A DNA stretch of 64,000 bases from Corallochytrium limacisporum Hawaii (taxonomy: Eukaryota > Protista > Pluriformea), in NCBI GenBank assembly GCA_002811645.1, contig PDIP01000035.1, positions 124,001-188,000 of the forward strand, written 5' to 3'. The stretch's first letter is position 1. Each line of letters begins with the position of its first letter. The position numbers were made by a program, and so were the translations under genes. The notes beneath the pieces were generated by a model that did not search any database, was not told the DNA's origin, and worked only from the letters and a program-made list of their open reading frames with translations. Of the stretch, positions 1 through 9,530 are shown in pieces.

Positions 1-3000
1 CAGACTTTCGTTTCCGCTTGTTCCGTCCTTGGTTCACCGCTTCGCCTGCATTGTTTGGTTCGTTCTCACAGTCCCCCATGACCCTGTTGGCCATGCGCTG
101 ATCACTTGCCTCTGGCACCTATGAGTTACGCATATGGCGGGTTGAGAATCCCACACAACGGTCTTCCATTGTCAACGTCCGAGTCCTTCTGAAAGCTTTA
201 CATGCTGCCAATTCTTCCTAAAGCAACCTAGGAGGCTGCTGCACACAACACCGTCAAGATACAGCTCCTGTGTTCAAATACCGGATCCTTGGAGCACCGA
301 CGGGAATTTACCTGCTGAGCGCCTTCCTACTTGAGGGTGCCTCACGTCAACCCGCGTTTTTTCCTTGGCTATACCGGGTGCTCGCTCCCAGCCGGCCCAC
401 CCAGGGGGGCCTCTTCCGGGCGGTCTCCCTACACACATAATGGACTCATGGCCTACCTCGACACTACAATTTTCCCCGTTACTCTTCCTAGTGGTGTGGA
501 AGCTGTCTGCTCAATAAATCACACCCATTATGGTCCCGGTCCACTGGACACGGCGGTAGTACCTACTTTCTCCTATCGCAACAATGTGCGATTGATGCCC
601 CACCGTTATCGGCTGTTGTTGAAATGGATCTCAGTCATACGGGGAGACCCCGTGGCCCACCCCTCCCCGGGGGGGGGGGGGNNNNNNNNNNNNNNNNNNN
701 NNNNNNNNNNNNNNNNNNNNNNNNNNNNNNNNNNNNNNNNNNNNNNNNNNNNNNNNNNNNNNNNNNNNNNNNNNNNNNNNNNGGGGGGGGAAGAAGTGTT
801 CCTTACTCAATACATTGAGTATGCCAGCCACCTGGCTCGTCCCGTACCGCAGATAACAGGCTCACGCTGGCCTGTGTAGAGATGATAGTGGGAGCATCGA
901 ATCTTCGCCAGCGAAGCCTCCCCACAGAACCTGTTGTTTCTTTACAACACCCCCCCTTTCCCAGCGGAGTTTGGCAAGCGGCTTTGGACATTGTACCGAA
1001 AAGAGTTAAACGGAGTACTCCTGTAGGGGACCAGCAAATTGACACGAAGTCGAGTTTGAATGTGGACACAGCAACACATCAGTTCCATGCTCATCGGTGT
1101 TGCCATCTGTGCTTCACCGGAGGAGCAAAAATGACATGAAATTGCCTTCGATGGGCCCCTGATGTGCTGCAATCTCGTCTGCAGTCAAAACAAATGAACT
1201 TGTTCCCGACCGATCACAATTGGTGAGGGAGCCCAACCCATTTGGACGCTTCACTCGGTATGGTGAATTCTTGTGGCCAATCACGGAACGCACACTCACC
1301 CACACAGTTCCGGGGACACTGCTGCAGAGTTGTGCATTGTACACAATCTCTGCTTTATTCGTTGGGTAGAACCTTGGCTGTCCATGATGCTCTATGCAGC
1401 CGCGTATGCTCCAACCAACTATGCCATCAATGGTTGAATGTTGATGGCTAGCACTCTTCCAGATCATCTCAATTCTGTTCTCAATATTGCCACGAAGAGC
1501 ACTACACTTCGCATGCAACCGATGCAAAATTTATTCCTTTCTCGGTGCGAGGATGCAGAACATCGGTCAAGTTTTCCTCAGGATAAAGCTAGAACATTGA
1601 TGGCGCGGTTGAGGAGGACCACGCTCTGGGTGAGGGCCTGAGCGTCTAGTGGGATCACAACTGTGCCATTGCGATAAACGGAAGTCAAAACCTTTGCAAG
1701 TACTACATCTCTTGTTCATTGTGAGTGTTGTCAATGTCTGGCACCAGTGCCCAAGCGGGGTTCAGAGACGTCCTGCTACAATCGACGTCATCCCCGGCGA
1801 ATGATGACATCGATGAAGACGATGTAGGGGTATGAATATGTGGCTGGCTCTGCCATGGTCGTCAATATTCTACTATCATCTATCTGGGATGTTTAGTGTC
1901 GTAGTATGCACAGATATCCCTCCCAAAACCGGACAATTTCCGGGTGTAACTGTCCCGCGATCTGATAGCTTGACGAATGGTTTAGAAATTGAGTAGTTTA
2001 TCCTATAATCTTCTTCAAAAATTTTATCGAGAAGTGTCTTCAGCTTTTCGTTTGGCGTTTCTCGAGAATTAGAGTGCGCCGAAGGATTGATGCATTTGAG
2101 CAAGAATTTTGACTTCTTCGATAGCACCTCATCAAATTTTGGATGTCCGGTGATAGCATACATGGTTCTAAGTTCAGTACATCACATCCAAATGCTGAAG
2201 CAACTTCTAGAGCGCCGGACGTCCAGAGGTCCTGTCGAACCATCCAATTGACTATTGTCGATAGATCAGGAACATGATTGCTGGTGTAGTTTAAGGACAT
2301 GAAGAGGAAGGCACTCAATGCCCAAACACTGCTTCGATGTTTGTCCAAATCCCTGCTTTGGGTGCGCGTTCGACGAGGACGAATTCGTGGGCGACTTTCT
2401 ATGTTCCCTTGCTTTGCGCATGTTTGCAAATCTCCTGCGTCAGAACCCGATCAGGGTAGGTGTACCAGATCCCCTCTGTTCCTGTGTCTAATCAACAATG
2501 GCGCTGTTCTAGCGTGCAAATGTCGAGGAGGAAAATGTCACATGCATGGCACATCACCAAGCACGGTGGGTGTCAAACAGACTTAATGACTTTCTTCTGT
2601 TCATGTGAGAAACCCTCGTGGTCTTCATTTCAAGAAGGTGATCTGGGCGGAGTAGGTCCCACGGGTTGTTGATCATTGTGAAGGATCGAGGGAACTCCGT
2701 TCTCGTACTTGACATCAAGAATTGTAATGATCCGTCCGCCGCGGCTAATCGAAATGCGCTATGTCACATGGAAGTCGCATTGTCGTAAATCGGGCACACA
2801 TCCATCAATGGCCAATGTTACCATTCACTATTCAGAGATACAACTCGAAGTAGCACCCACCATCCAAAGTATTGTGCAACCAATCGCATGGGTCCAAGAA
2901 TCAGGCATCACAACCACTTTCCGCAAGAATTCTCGATTTCTGATGCTCACTCCCACAGGCCATCATTATTCTGAGCCCATCCCTTGCCTGTGGCATGCTT

Positions 3001-3300
3001 GTCACAATACCTGGCATTTCACGGTAGATCGCGACTAGTGTCTTCTACAATGCTTTTAGATCCCACAGCTCTGGTTTACTCTTCCTGTGCATGTTCTACC
3101 GTGCGCGTAGGGATGAGAATGTTGTACCTGAGGAACCCGTGGCGACAAGCCAGGGATGCGATGGTTGCCCACGGCCGCTGTGGGAGATCTAAAGCACATC
3201 ACAGCGGAAGACTGATCTTGCCCTCTCTACTCCATCAAGAAGGATGCTCTGATCTTCCAACAAGCGAATCCTTCACGCTTTGAACCAATTTGACGATCAC
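1..3300 (-). mobile_element. Highly degenerate Ty3/Gypsy LTR-retrotransposon pol relic (PR-RT-RNaseH-IN order)
   Basis: Minus-strand motif remnants in Gypsy order, across frames: protease C-term LILG..DWL (~2880-2905); RT N-term KQGNIES...HVPDLSTIVNW...ALEVASAF (ORF 2040..2429); LLDKIFEED (~2010-2035); YIVFIDVII, a decayed YxDD (~1800-1830); RNaseH start DWPQEFTIPSEASKWVG, cf. DxSKPFxLxTDAS (~1230-1285); GRLRW (~905-920); integrase zinc region GINRTLLR (~575-600). Many frameshifts and stops; no LTR identified; boundaries approximate. Confidence 0.7.
682..782. other. Assembly gap flanked by poly-G on both sides
   Basis: N run with G13 at 669-681 and G8 at 783-790. Confidence 0.95.
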
Positions 3301-3612
3301 CCATTGATCCGAATAATATCAGTTCCGCCCGAGTCGAGAATCCATCAAGATTGATCGATCTTCTGCGACCGAGTTCAAAATATGCGGGTCTCTAATTGGG
3401 TTCGATTGAACACCCTTCCCCCTCCAAGCGATGTGGTAGACTTGGGGAAGGGGTGGATTAGGTAGGTTGGGTTGTAAGGCACGCAGTTCTTGCAAGTGAG
3501 GAACAACCATGAGATAACATTAGGTATATAAGACCACAGGTCTGTAACACCGTCAAGAGCGCAAAATTTCGGCATTCAGGGGAATGAGTGTGCACGCAAC
3601 AATACAATAGAT

Positions 3613-4128
3613 ATGACATCCAAAGAAGTACGGAAACGCGTTGGAAAGGGCGCACTTGCCAACACGGAATCGAATCAGCCAAAGAGTCCTGGAGGGAATC
3701 TACAGTGGCTTGATCCCGACAACCCTGAGGATCAGCCCGTTCCCGTCAGATGGCAAGATAAATGGGCAGCCCTAGTATGGTTCGCAATGGCTGGAGCCAT
3801 CCTATATTACACAGACATTATTACGTATACAATTGAGGGGCGAATTGCAATCCTTCCTATGCAATTAGCAGTCGTGGGCTTGTCGATCGCGTTTGGTTGT
3901 TATGTGTATGCGGCCTACTACGTCCCTTTCATCCTGAAGAGGACAGAACCAATTGAAACAGTGGCACCATGGAATGTACCAGTGGCTTCAGCTTCGGGAT
4001 TCGTTGCCATGGTCGGTATCACCATCGCCTACTGGCCGGCATTTCATCTTTGGTCACCAGGGATCTTGTTCATTTTTGTGATGGCTTTTATCAATCTCAT
4101 TCAGTTCCCATACTACTTAAGGCATTAA
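3613..4128 (+). CDS. TMEM128: TMEM128-like four-TM membrane protein
   Basis: 171 aa with four hydrophobic segments. W...A..ILYYTD, Y...Y.P, P..VPVASA..F and IAYWP..HLWSP.ILF..M.FI match the TMEM128 family pattern. Confidence 0.75.
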   Translation: MTSKEVRKRVGKGALANTESNQPKSPGGNLQWLDPDNPEDQPVPVRWQDKWAALVWFAMAGAILYYTDIITYTIEGRIAILPMQLAVVGLSIAFGCYVYAAYYVPFILKRTEPIETVAPWNVPVASASGFVAMVGITIAYWPAFHLWSPGILFIFVMAFINLIQFPYYLRH

Positions 4129-4137
4129 ATTGTGCTT

Positions 4138-6537
4138 TCAGGATGATCCGCCGAAGATTGAAAGGGGGACTTCTTTCTTCTGTAAGTCTACCTTAACCAG
4201 CTCAAGATCTCCAGTGAATCCAATACCACTCTTGAGGAAATCCTCCCAAACCGGAGGGTGTTTTTCGATGGCCTTCAAAGCCACATCCTTACAGCCTGGG
4301 CAGAGATCTGTCGAGTACCGAAATACGTGCCGAAGGTACTTTTCATCAATATAGTGAGAGGCGCGGGGTTCTTGGAAAGGCATTCCAGCCGCATCATTCA
4401 GCATTAGTAGAGAATAGATCAAGGTTTCATATACTGCCATCATCTGCAGAGATTTCCTAGTGTATCCCTGGTTGAGCTTCTTCTTGCGGTAAATATTGCA
4501 TGTTGTATTGTAGTGCATGAGTTTCTGATACAAAACTAGAAGCTCGACTACAATAGGCGGACAAGGGTTCCCATCAGCCAAGGCTTGTTGGACCTGTTCC
4601 TTGAAGGTTTCTGCAAAAGCGAATGCTGCACAAAAGCGAAAGGCAAGGTCTCGTGGAAGCCCAGTGACTCTCTTGACAAAAGTCTGCCGCAATCGATCCA
4701 CTGTGGGAAACTGGATTGCTTGAAGCACTCTGAGTCGGTTTTCAAAGCGAACATTGGTTTTGGCTTTCCCGTCATTATTCACCGGATCCACATACTCCCT
4801 CTGTGATGCAATGGTATGCACCGACCCATCGGGAAGGATCTCGTCAATCCGTATCTGAGTATGAGTGGAGTCTTCCCGCATCCGGTAGGCAAACAGATAT
4901 GCGTGCAACCTTATTTGACATGACACTGGTTGGAGCCACGCACTTTCTTCATCTGGATCTTGTAGAATGGCTCGCAATACTACGGTTTTGTTTAAAACAG
5001 CCTCCATGAGTGCCTTTGGTACCATTGATCGGCTGGTTTGCTGTTGCCAATTAGGTATCTCATGCTTAGACACCAGCTTACCGACCTTTTTTCCATGCTT
5101 ACCAAACTGATGGCATTGCTTTGGAGGAGCGATGTCTTGAACCCAGTCATCTGGCCAATACAATGAGAATGCTTCCTCAAAGCGCTGTACGGGACCGACA
5201 AGGTCGCTTTCTGCAAATGGTTCACCCTTACCCTTACCCTTACCTGTACGCTGTTGCTTATTCTGCAAAAGCCGGCGCTTCACTTCTTCTTTGGCATCTT
5301 GCGCAGTTTCAAACGTCCGTAGGTAGTCTGCGATGTCATAAAAGGTGTCTCCTTCGTCATCTTTTTCCTTCTCATTCTCTTGCGAGGCATCCCTGTTGTT
5401 GTCTTCCTCATCACTCTCACCGAGACCTTCTTCATCTTCATCTTCTTCGTACTGTGCTGAAGCTCGCTTTGGCAATGTCATACCCAATGTCTTTGCTCTG
5501 CGCAGAGCCAACCGTCTAAAATTCCACTGGCGTTTCGGATAGTGGTCGTTTCCGGCGAGACAACTTAGGACCGGCAAGAAGGAGCGATCGAGATCCAGGA
5601 TTCGGGACAGGTACTCGGAATCATACAGAGTCATTGATAACCAATCAGACCCATCTTTTCCTTTCTTGATACGTAAGGTTTCAACCCGAGCAACAGGTGT
5701 TCCCATCACAAGGAAGTCTGAGTCACTGCTGAGAACAATTGCACCGCCGCCATCTCTACTGGGATCCAAATGCTCGCGACTAAGACAAGCAATAAATATG
5801 TCAGCCTCCAGTTGTGGTACAATGCTTTCGACTCCCAGCCTATGGAACATCCATTGACATGACCTTCTCTGCATTAGGGGCATGGGGAGTGATCTGCCAC
5901 CAATGACATGATTTTCATGGCTTCCCTCGCCAAGTTCGACAGCCAAATTCGCATTCGCCGATTCCACGCTGTTCATGATCGCACGGCTGGCTTTGAGAGC
6001 GTTCTTATTCTGTTGTTTCTGTCGGGACACCCTTGTGTTGATTTTGCTCATTGGTGCAGCGCCATCAAAGACCATGCACACAGAATAGCCACATGCACGA
6101 AAGCATCGAATGAGCGCTTCTGCCCTACTTTCTATGTGGAAATATGCTTGACGTCCCTTAACCAAGCCGCCGCTAATCTTGTTGGCTACGCTTGGAAAGT
6201 ATCCGTGTGTCAAGTTATGACCGTCTATGATCGCTATACCACGATAATCGGGACAATCCTTCTGCTTCAGGAAGTCCTTATCAAAGTCCTGCAGCCACGC
6301 CTGTTGGCAAAAGACCTGAGTCAAAAAGCGTTCCTCATCCTCAGTCTTTGCAATCTTCTGCACAGCCCCGAGAACTCCTTCTGGGCCACAAGCAGCTTGT
6401 CCATCGGGTGGATCTATGCTGAGTAATTCTTCGTGTACTGCTGCAATCTTGTCGTTCCATTTCTTCGAGCTAAGATTTATCTTCGTGGTCAGGTTCTCGT
6501 GCTCCTGCACGAATCTGTTTAACCCTTGAATTCCCAT
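4138..6537 (-). CDS. ASTE1: Asteroid/ASTE1-like XPG/FEN1-superfamily PIN-domain nuclease
   Basis: MGIQGL start; IIDGHNL; VFDGA; EADIFIACL; VLSSDSDF; CLAGNDH are the acidic motifs of the PIN/XPG asteroid (FAM120-related) family. Confidence 0.75.
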   Translation of the reverse strand: MGIQGLNRFVQEHENLTTKINLSSKKWNDKIAAVHEELLSIDPPDGQAACGPEGVLGAVQKIAKTEDEERFLTQVFCQQAWLQDFDKDFLKQKDCPDYRGIAIIDGHNLTHGYFPSVANKISGGLVKGRQAYFHIESRAEALIRCFRACGYSVCMVFDGAAPMSKINTRVSRQKQQNKNALKASRAIMNSVESANANLAVELGEGSHENHVIGGRSLPMPLMQRRSCQWMFHRLGVESIVPQLEADIFIACLSREHLDPSRDGGGAIVLSSDSDFLVMGTPVARVETLRIKKGKDGSDWLSMTLYDSEYLSRILDLDRSFLPVLSCLAGNDHYPKRQWNFRRLALRRAKTLGMTLPKRASAQYEEDEDEEGLGESDEEDNNRDASQENEKEKDDEGDTFYDIADYLRTFETAQDAKEEVKRRLLQNKQQRTGKGKGKGEPFAESDLVGPVQRFEEAFSLYWPDDWVQDIAPPKQCHQFGKHGKKVGKLVSKHEIPNWQQQTSRSMVPKALMEAVLNKTVVLRAILQDPDEESAWLQPVSCQIRLHAYLFAYRMREDSTHTQIRIDEILPDGSVHTIASQREYVDPVNNDGKAKTNVRFENRLRVLQAIQFPTVDRLRQTFVKRVTGLPRDLAFRFCAAFAFAETFKEQVQQALADGNPCPPIVVELLVLYQKLMHYNTTCNIYRKKKLNQGYTRKSLQMMAVYETLIYSLLMLNDAAGMPFQEPRASHYIDEKYLRHVFRYSTDLCPGCKDVALKAIEKHPPVWEDFLKSGIGFTGDLELVKVDLQKKEVPLSIFGGSS

Positions 6538-6823
6538 GAGCGCTGAGAGTTCCGTTCCAGACCGTTGAGTGTTGATGCTGGCCTTGAGTTCCTCTCATGC
6601 TGACGGTCGTAATTCGATCACAGTGGATACAGAGCGACATTATGATACACTTTCATCTATGAAATTTACTACTGTCTCGGTCGGTCTGCACTCTTCTACC
6701 CGCGCCCACTCGCGTTTCCCCACCACCGCGGATGGGATCTCGGGATGGATCCTCGAGCGAAGTTCCCCCTCCCTCAGGGGTCCCCGGGGCGTGGGCAGGC
6801 GGATGAGATCAGGGGCACAGAAT

Positions 6824-8809
6824 CTATAGTTCGACCCTCTCTCCGGGATGCGGAAGTTCAGTGCTTTCGAAAACTGGCTCCGGGACCACTTCTGCCATAG
6901 ATTCTACGCTTTCCTTGCCTTGCTTCTCAATTGCGTCTTCGTTGTCTACCTCTGTTGCCTCATCGTCCACTGCAACTTCGTCGTCATCAACTGTTTCCTC
7001 CCCCAATGTCTCATCGTCCTCTTGACCACACTCACCCACGACGGCATCTTCGTCATCAACTGGTGCCTCATTCAATGGCTCATTTTCCACTGTTGCCATA
7101 TCGTCCGCTAGTACATCATCGTTCACCTGGACCTCATCATTCACTACTGCTTCTTCGTCGTCCTCCGGTGCCTCGTCCACCGTATCGTCCACCGGTGCCT
7201 CGTCGTCCACTGTATCGTCCACCGTATCTTCCACCGGTTCTTCGTCAAATGGCTCATCGGCCACTGGTGCTTTGTCGGTTTCGTCCAGTGTTTCCTTAAT
7301 GGCAGCAAACGATGCGTTCAGAATGGTTCGGACATGGGTCGGGTGGAATCCAGTGCAGAAGCTTGACTGGCAGTTTCCAGAAGCAACATGTTGTATCATT
7401 CCATTGCATGCATCGAGAAGTTCCCCAGTCACTTCGCTGGCACCAACAAAGCATTTTCCAGTGTCCAGAGACTGGCTCATCAACCCGTGTGGGGTAACGA
7501 TGCCAACACTTCCAATTCCATGTGTAAGGTGCACCACTGGAAATCCCTCTTGCTCAGTCCAGATATCCGCTGGAGTCTCCCAAGGACGCGTCAGCGGGGT
7601 TATCCCAACCAGTGTGCCACAGACCCATTGAGCAATCTGGGCAAGGGATATGCGATGTGGAAGAGATCCCTGGGCAATGTCAAAGTTCTTCCTCGCAAAG
7701 CTGGCAATATGCAAGGGCACTAATACATTATTCTTCTCCGGCATGCCAACAACAAAGAAGATGGTCTTCTCGATTGCTTTAAATTCTTTGAGAAGGCTGA
7801 TAATGTCACCCAGTTTGCCATCAACATAGCGGAGGTCGTCCTCGGTTGCTTCCTTCACATCACTTCTTAGGATAGTTAACCACGGCGTCTTGCTTTTCAA
7901 ACAACATTCGGAAAGCCAGTCTGTCATATCACGGACACCTTTGAGTAAGCTGCTATCATCTTCGTTCATTTCTGTACATGTCCTGTTGCCCATACCATGA
8001 ATTTGTGTCCACATATAGTTGCCTGTTCCGGCCTTGGTTTGGAGTGACAGTCTATGAAACGGATCATTCGCCCTGGCTGAGATGCCGTAGTCTTTTGTTT
8101 CATACCCGAAGAGTCCATTGTTATAGGATGCAAATTTTCGGAGGATGAAAGGTATTGAAGTCCGCCATACTAGCTGACAGAGCCCCGTCGGTGTGCGCTT
8201 TGGAGTCCCTTGTGGTTCCATTTCAATCCATGACATTTGCAGTTGAAAATCCGAACCATCGAACATCTCTCGATGATATCCCAACCTGTTTTGGCCAAGG
8301 TTCGGAAAAGATCCGGTCAGCATACCCAGAAAGGCAGTGTCCGCATCATCTGAAGTTGCGATGGCTTCCATTTTTGCTCCGAAGTTGCTGGTGATCTTGT
8401 GCAAGGTCGGCATGTGTTCGTACACACCGTCGATCGTTTTGAAGTCCGAGGCTTTGATGTTGTCTAGCACAAACATCAAGATGTTTGGACCCATTGCATC
8501 ATCCTTGAATCCCCTCTCAAACCGAAAACTCGGTCCCGCATCAAAGCCCATCTGACATGCCCCTCCATAGGTCACGAAGCCCGAATCGCATTTCATTGGG
8601 ACAATGCAGTTCTCTCCACATGACGTTTCCAGATACTTCTTAACTTCAAGCAGATTCAGAAGATATCCTATCTCGGCCCTGCAAGGTTCACATTCTGGAG
8701 CTATCCGAAAGACCTCTGCACATGCTATGTGCACGAGGACACAAAGAAGCCCAAGGAAGATCCAGCGCATTGGCACAGAGCGCGTCAACGTACCTAGTCC
8801 ATATTCCAT
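6824..8809 (-). CDS. Secreted sulfatase/alkaline-phosphatase-fold protein, probably catalytically degenerate, with acidic repeat tail (likely start at ATG 8770)
   Basis: Signal peptide MRWIFLGLLCVLVHIACA. PNILMFVLD...MPTLHKI...MLTGSFP and YVDGKLGDIISLLKE...EKTIFFVVG follow the sulfatase core, but CxPxR is missing. C-terminal ~150 aa are D/E/V/A rich. Confidence 0.6.
   Translation of the reverse strand: MEYGLGTLTRSVPMRWIFLGLLCVLVHIACAEVFRIAPECEPCRAEIGYLLNLLEVKKYLETSCGENCIVPMKCDSGFVTYGGACQMGFDAGPSFRFERGFKDDAMGPNILMFVLDNIKASDFKTIDGVYEHMPTLHKITSNFGAKMEAIATSDDADTAFLGMLTGSFPNLGQNRLGYHREMFDGSDFQLQMSWIEMEPQGTPKRTPTGLCQLVWRTSIPFILRKFASYNNGLFGYETKDYGISARANDPFHRLSLQTKAGTGNYMWTQIHGMGNRTCTEMNEDDSSLLKGVRDMTDWLSECCLKSKTPWLTILRSDVKEATEDDLRYVDGKLGDIISLLKEFKAIEKTIFFVVGMPEKNNVLVPLHIASFARKNFDIAQGSLPHRISLAQIAQWVCGTLVGITPLTRPWETPADIWTEQEGFPVVHLTHGIGSVGIVTPHGLMSQSLDTGKCFVGASEVTGELLDACNGMIQHVASGNCQSSFCTGFHPTHVRTILNASFAAIKETLDETDKAPVADEPFDEEPVEDTVDDTVDDEAPVDDTVDEAPEDDEEAVVNDEVQVNDDVLADDMATVENEPLNEAPVDDEDAVVGECGQEDDETLGEETVDDDEVAVDDEATEVDNEDAIEKQGKESVESMAEVVPEPVFESTELPHPGERVEL
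6930..7270 (-). repeat. Imperfect coding tandem repeats (VDDE/DTVDD/EAPVDD) in acidic tail
   Basis: Recurrent cgtccaccgtatcgtccaccggtgcctcgtc-type units, strongest at 7150-7250. Confidence 0.75.
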
Positions 8810-9530
8810 AGGAGACCAAAGAACTCTACGTGGTAAGCCAGTATCACTCCCATTTAGCTACCTGATCGACTGAATTATACTTCTGATGATCTGGTACGTT
8901 TGACCGTCTCCATGGTGTGCTCTGATCATGTGCATATCCGGAATCGCTATTCCTCCAAGGCAGCTACCGTGGAGTCGGCAGTGACTGTCCACCACGCAAC
9001 CCGCCGTTCTGGTGCGAGGGTTTCTGAATGCACTAGATCAATAATTTTAATATCATATTTTAGGGGAACAGTTATTCCACGGCTAGGCCCGTCCGGACGG
9101 GAAGGGTCAGCCCGTGGCGCCAAGAAATCAAACTGGAAACTCAAAAGGGGAAATGAGGAAATATTTCGGTACAATTTCTGTACTGAAGTCATCTGGAGTC
9201 GATCGACGAGGTTGGCAACTGGTGGGTGACCAAGGAGAGGGACGATTTGGGGAATGGCGGGTCAACCCACTTTGTAAGACTAAACGCTATGGCCCGTTGC
9301 ACCGTCCCGTTGTAATTAATGCAAGAACCAGGGCTTCCACGAAGCCTTCATTATCACACTCTACATGGGACAACTGAATTCAAACACTGCCTTCCCTAGA
9401 TGAGGCAAGCATTTGATCCTGAAGTTTCTCAGACTGGGCTCTTCCAGCAGGTATTCGAGAGCAACGAGCAGCGCCAACAAGATTAGGCCACAGTATCAGA
9501 GTCGGGAGTGTGTCTTACTACAATATAAAC

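Noticed and set aside
1876-2163. 95-aa AT-rich ORF that looked like an inserted foreign gene
   Set aside because: Contains LLDKIFEED between RT motifs; best explained as part of the decayed RT, possibly with a small insertion.
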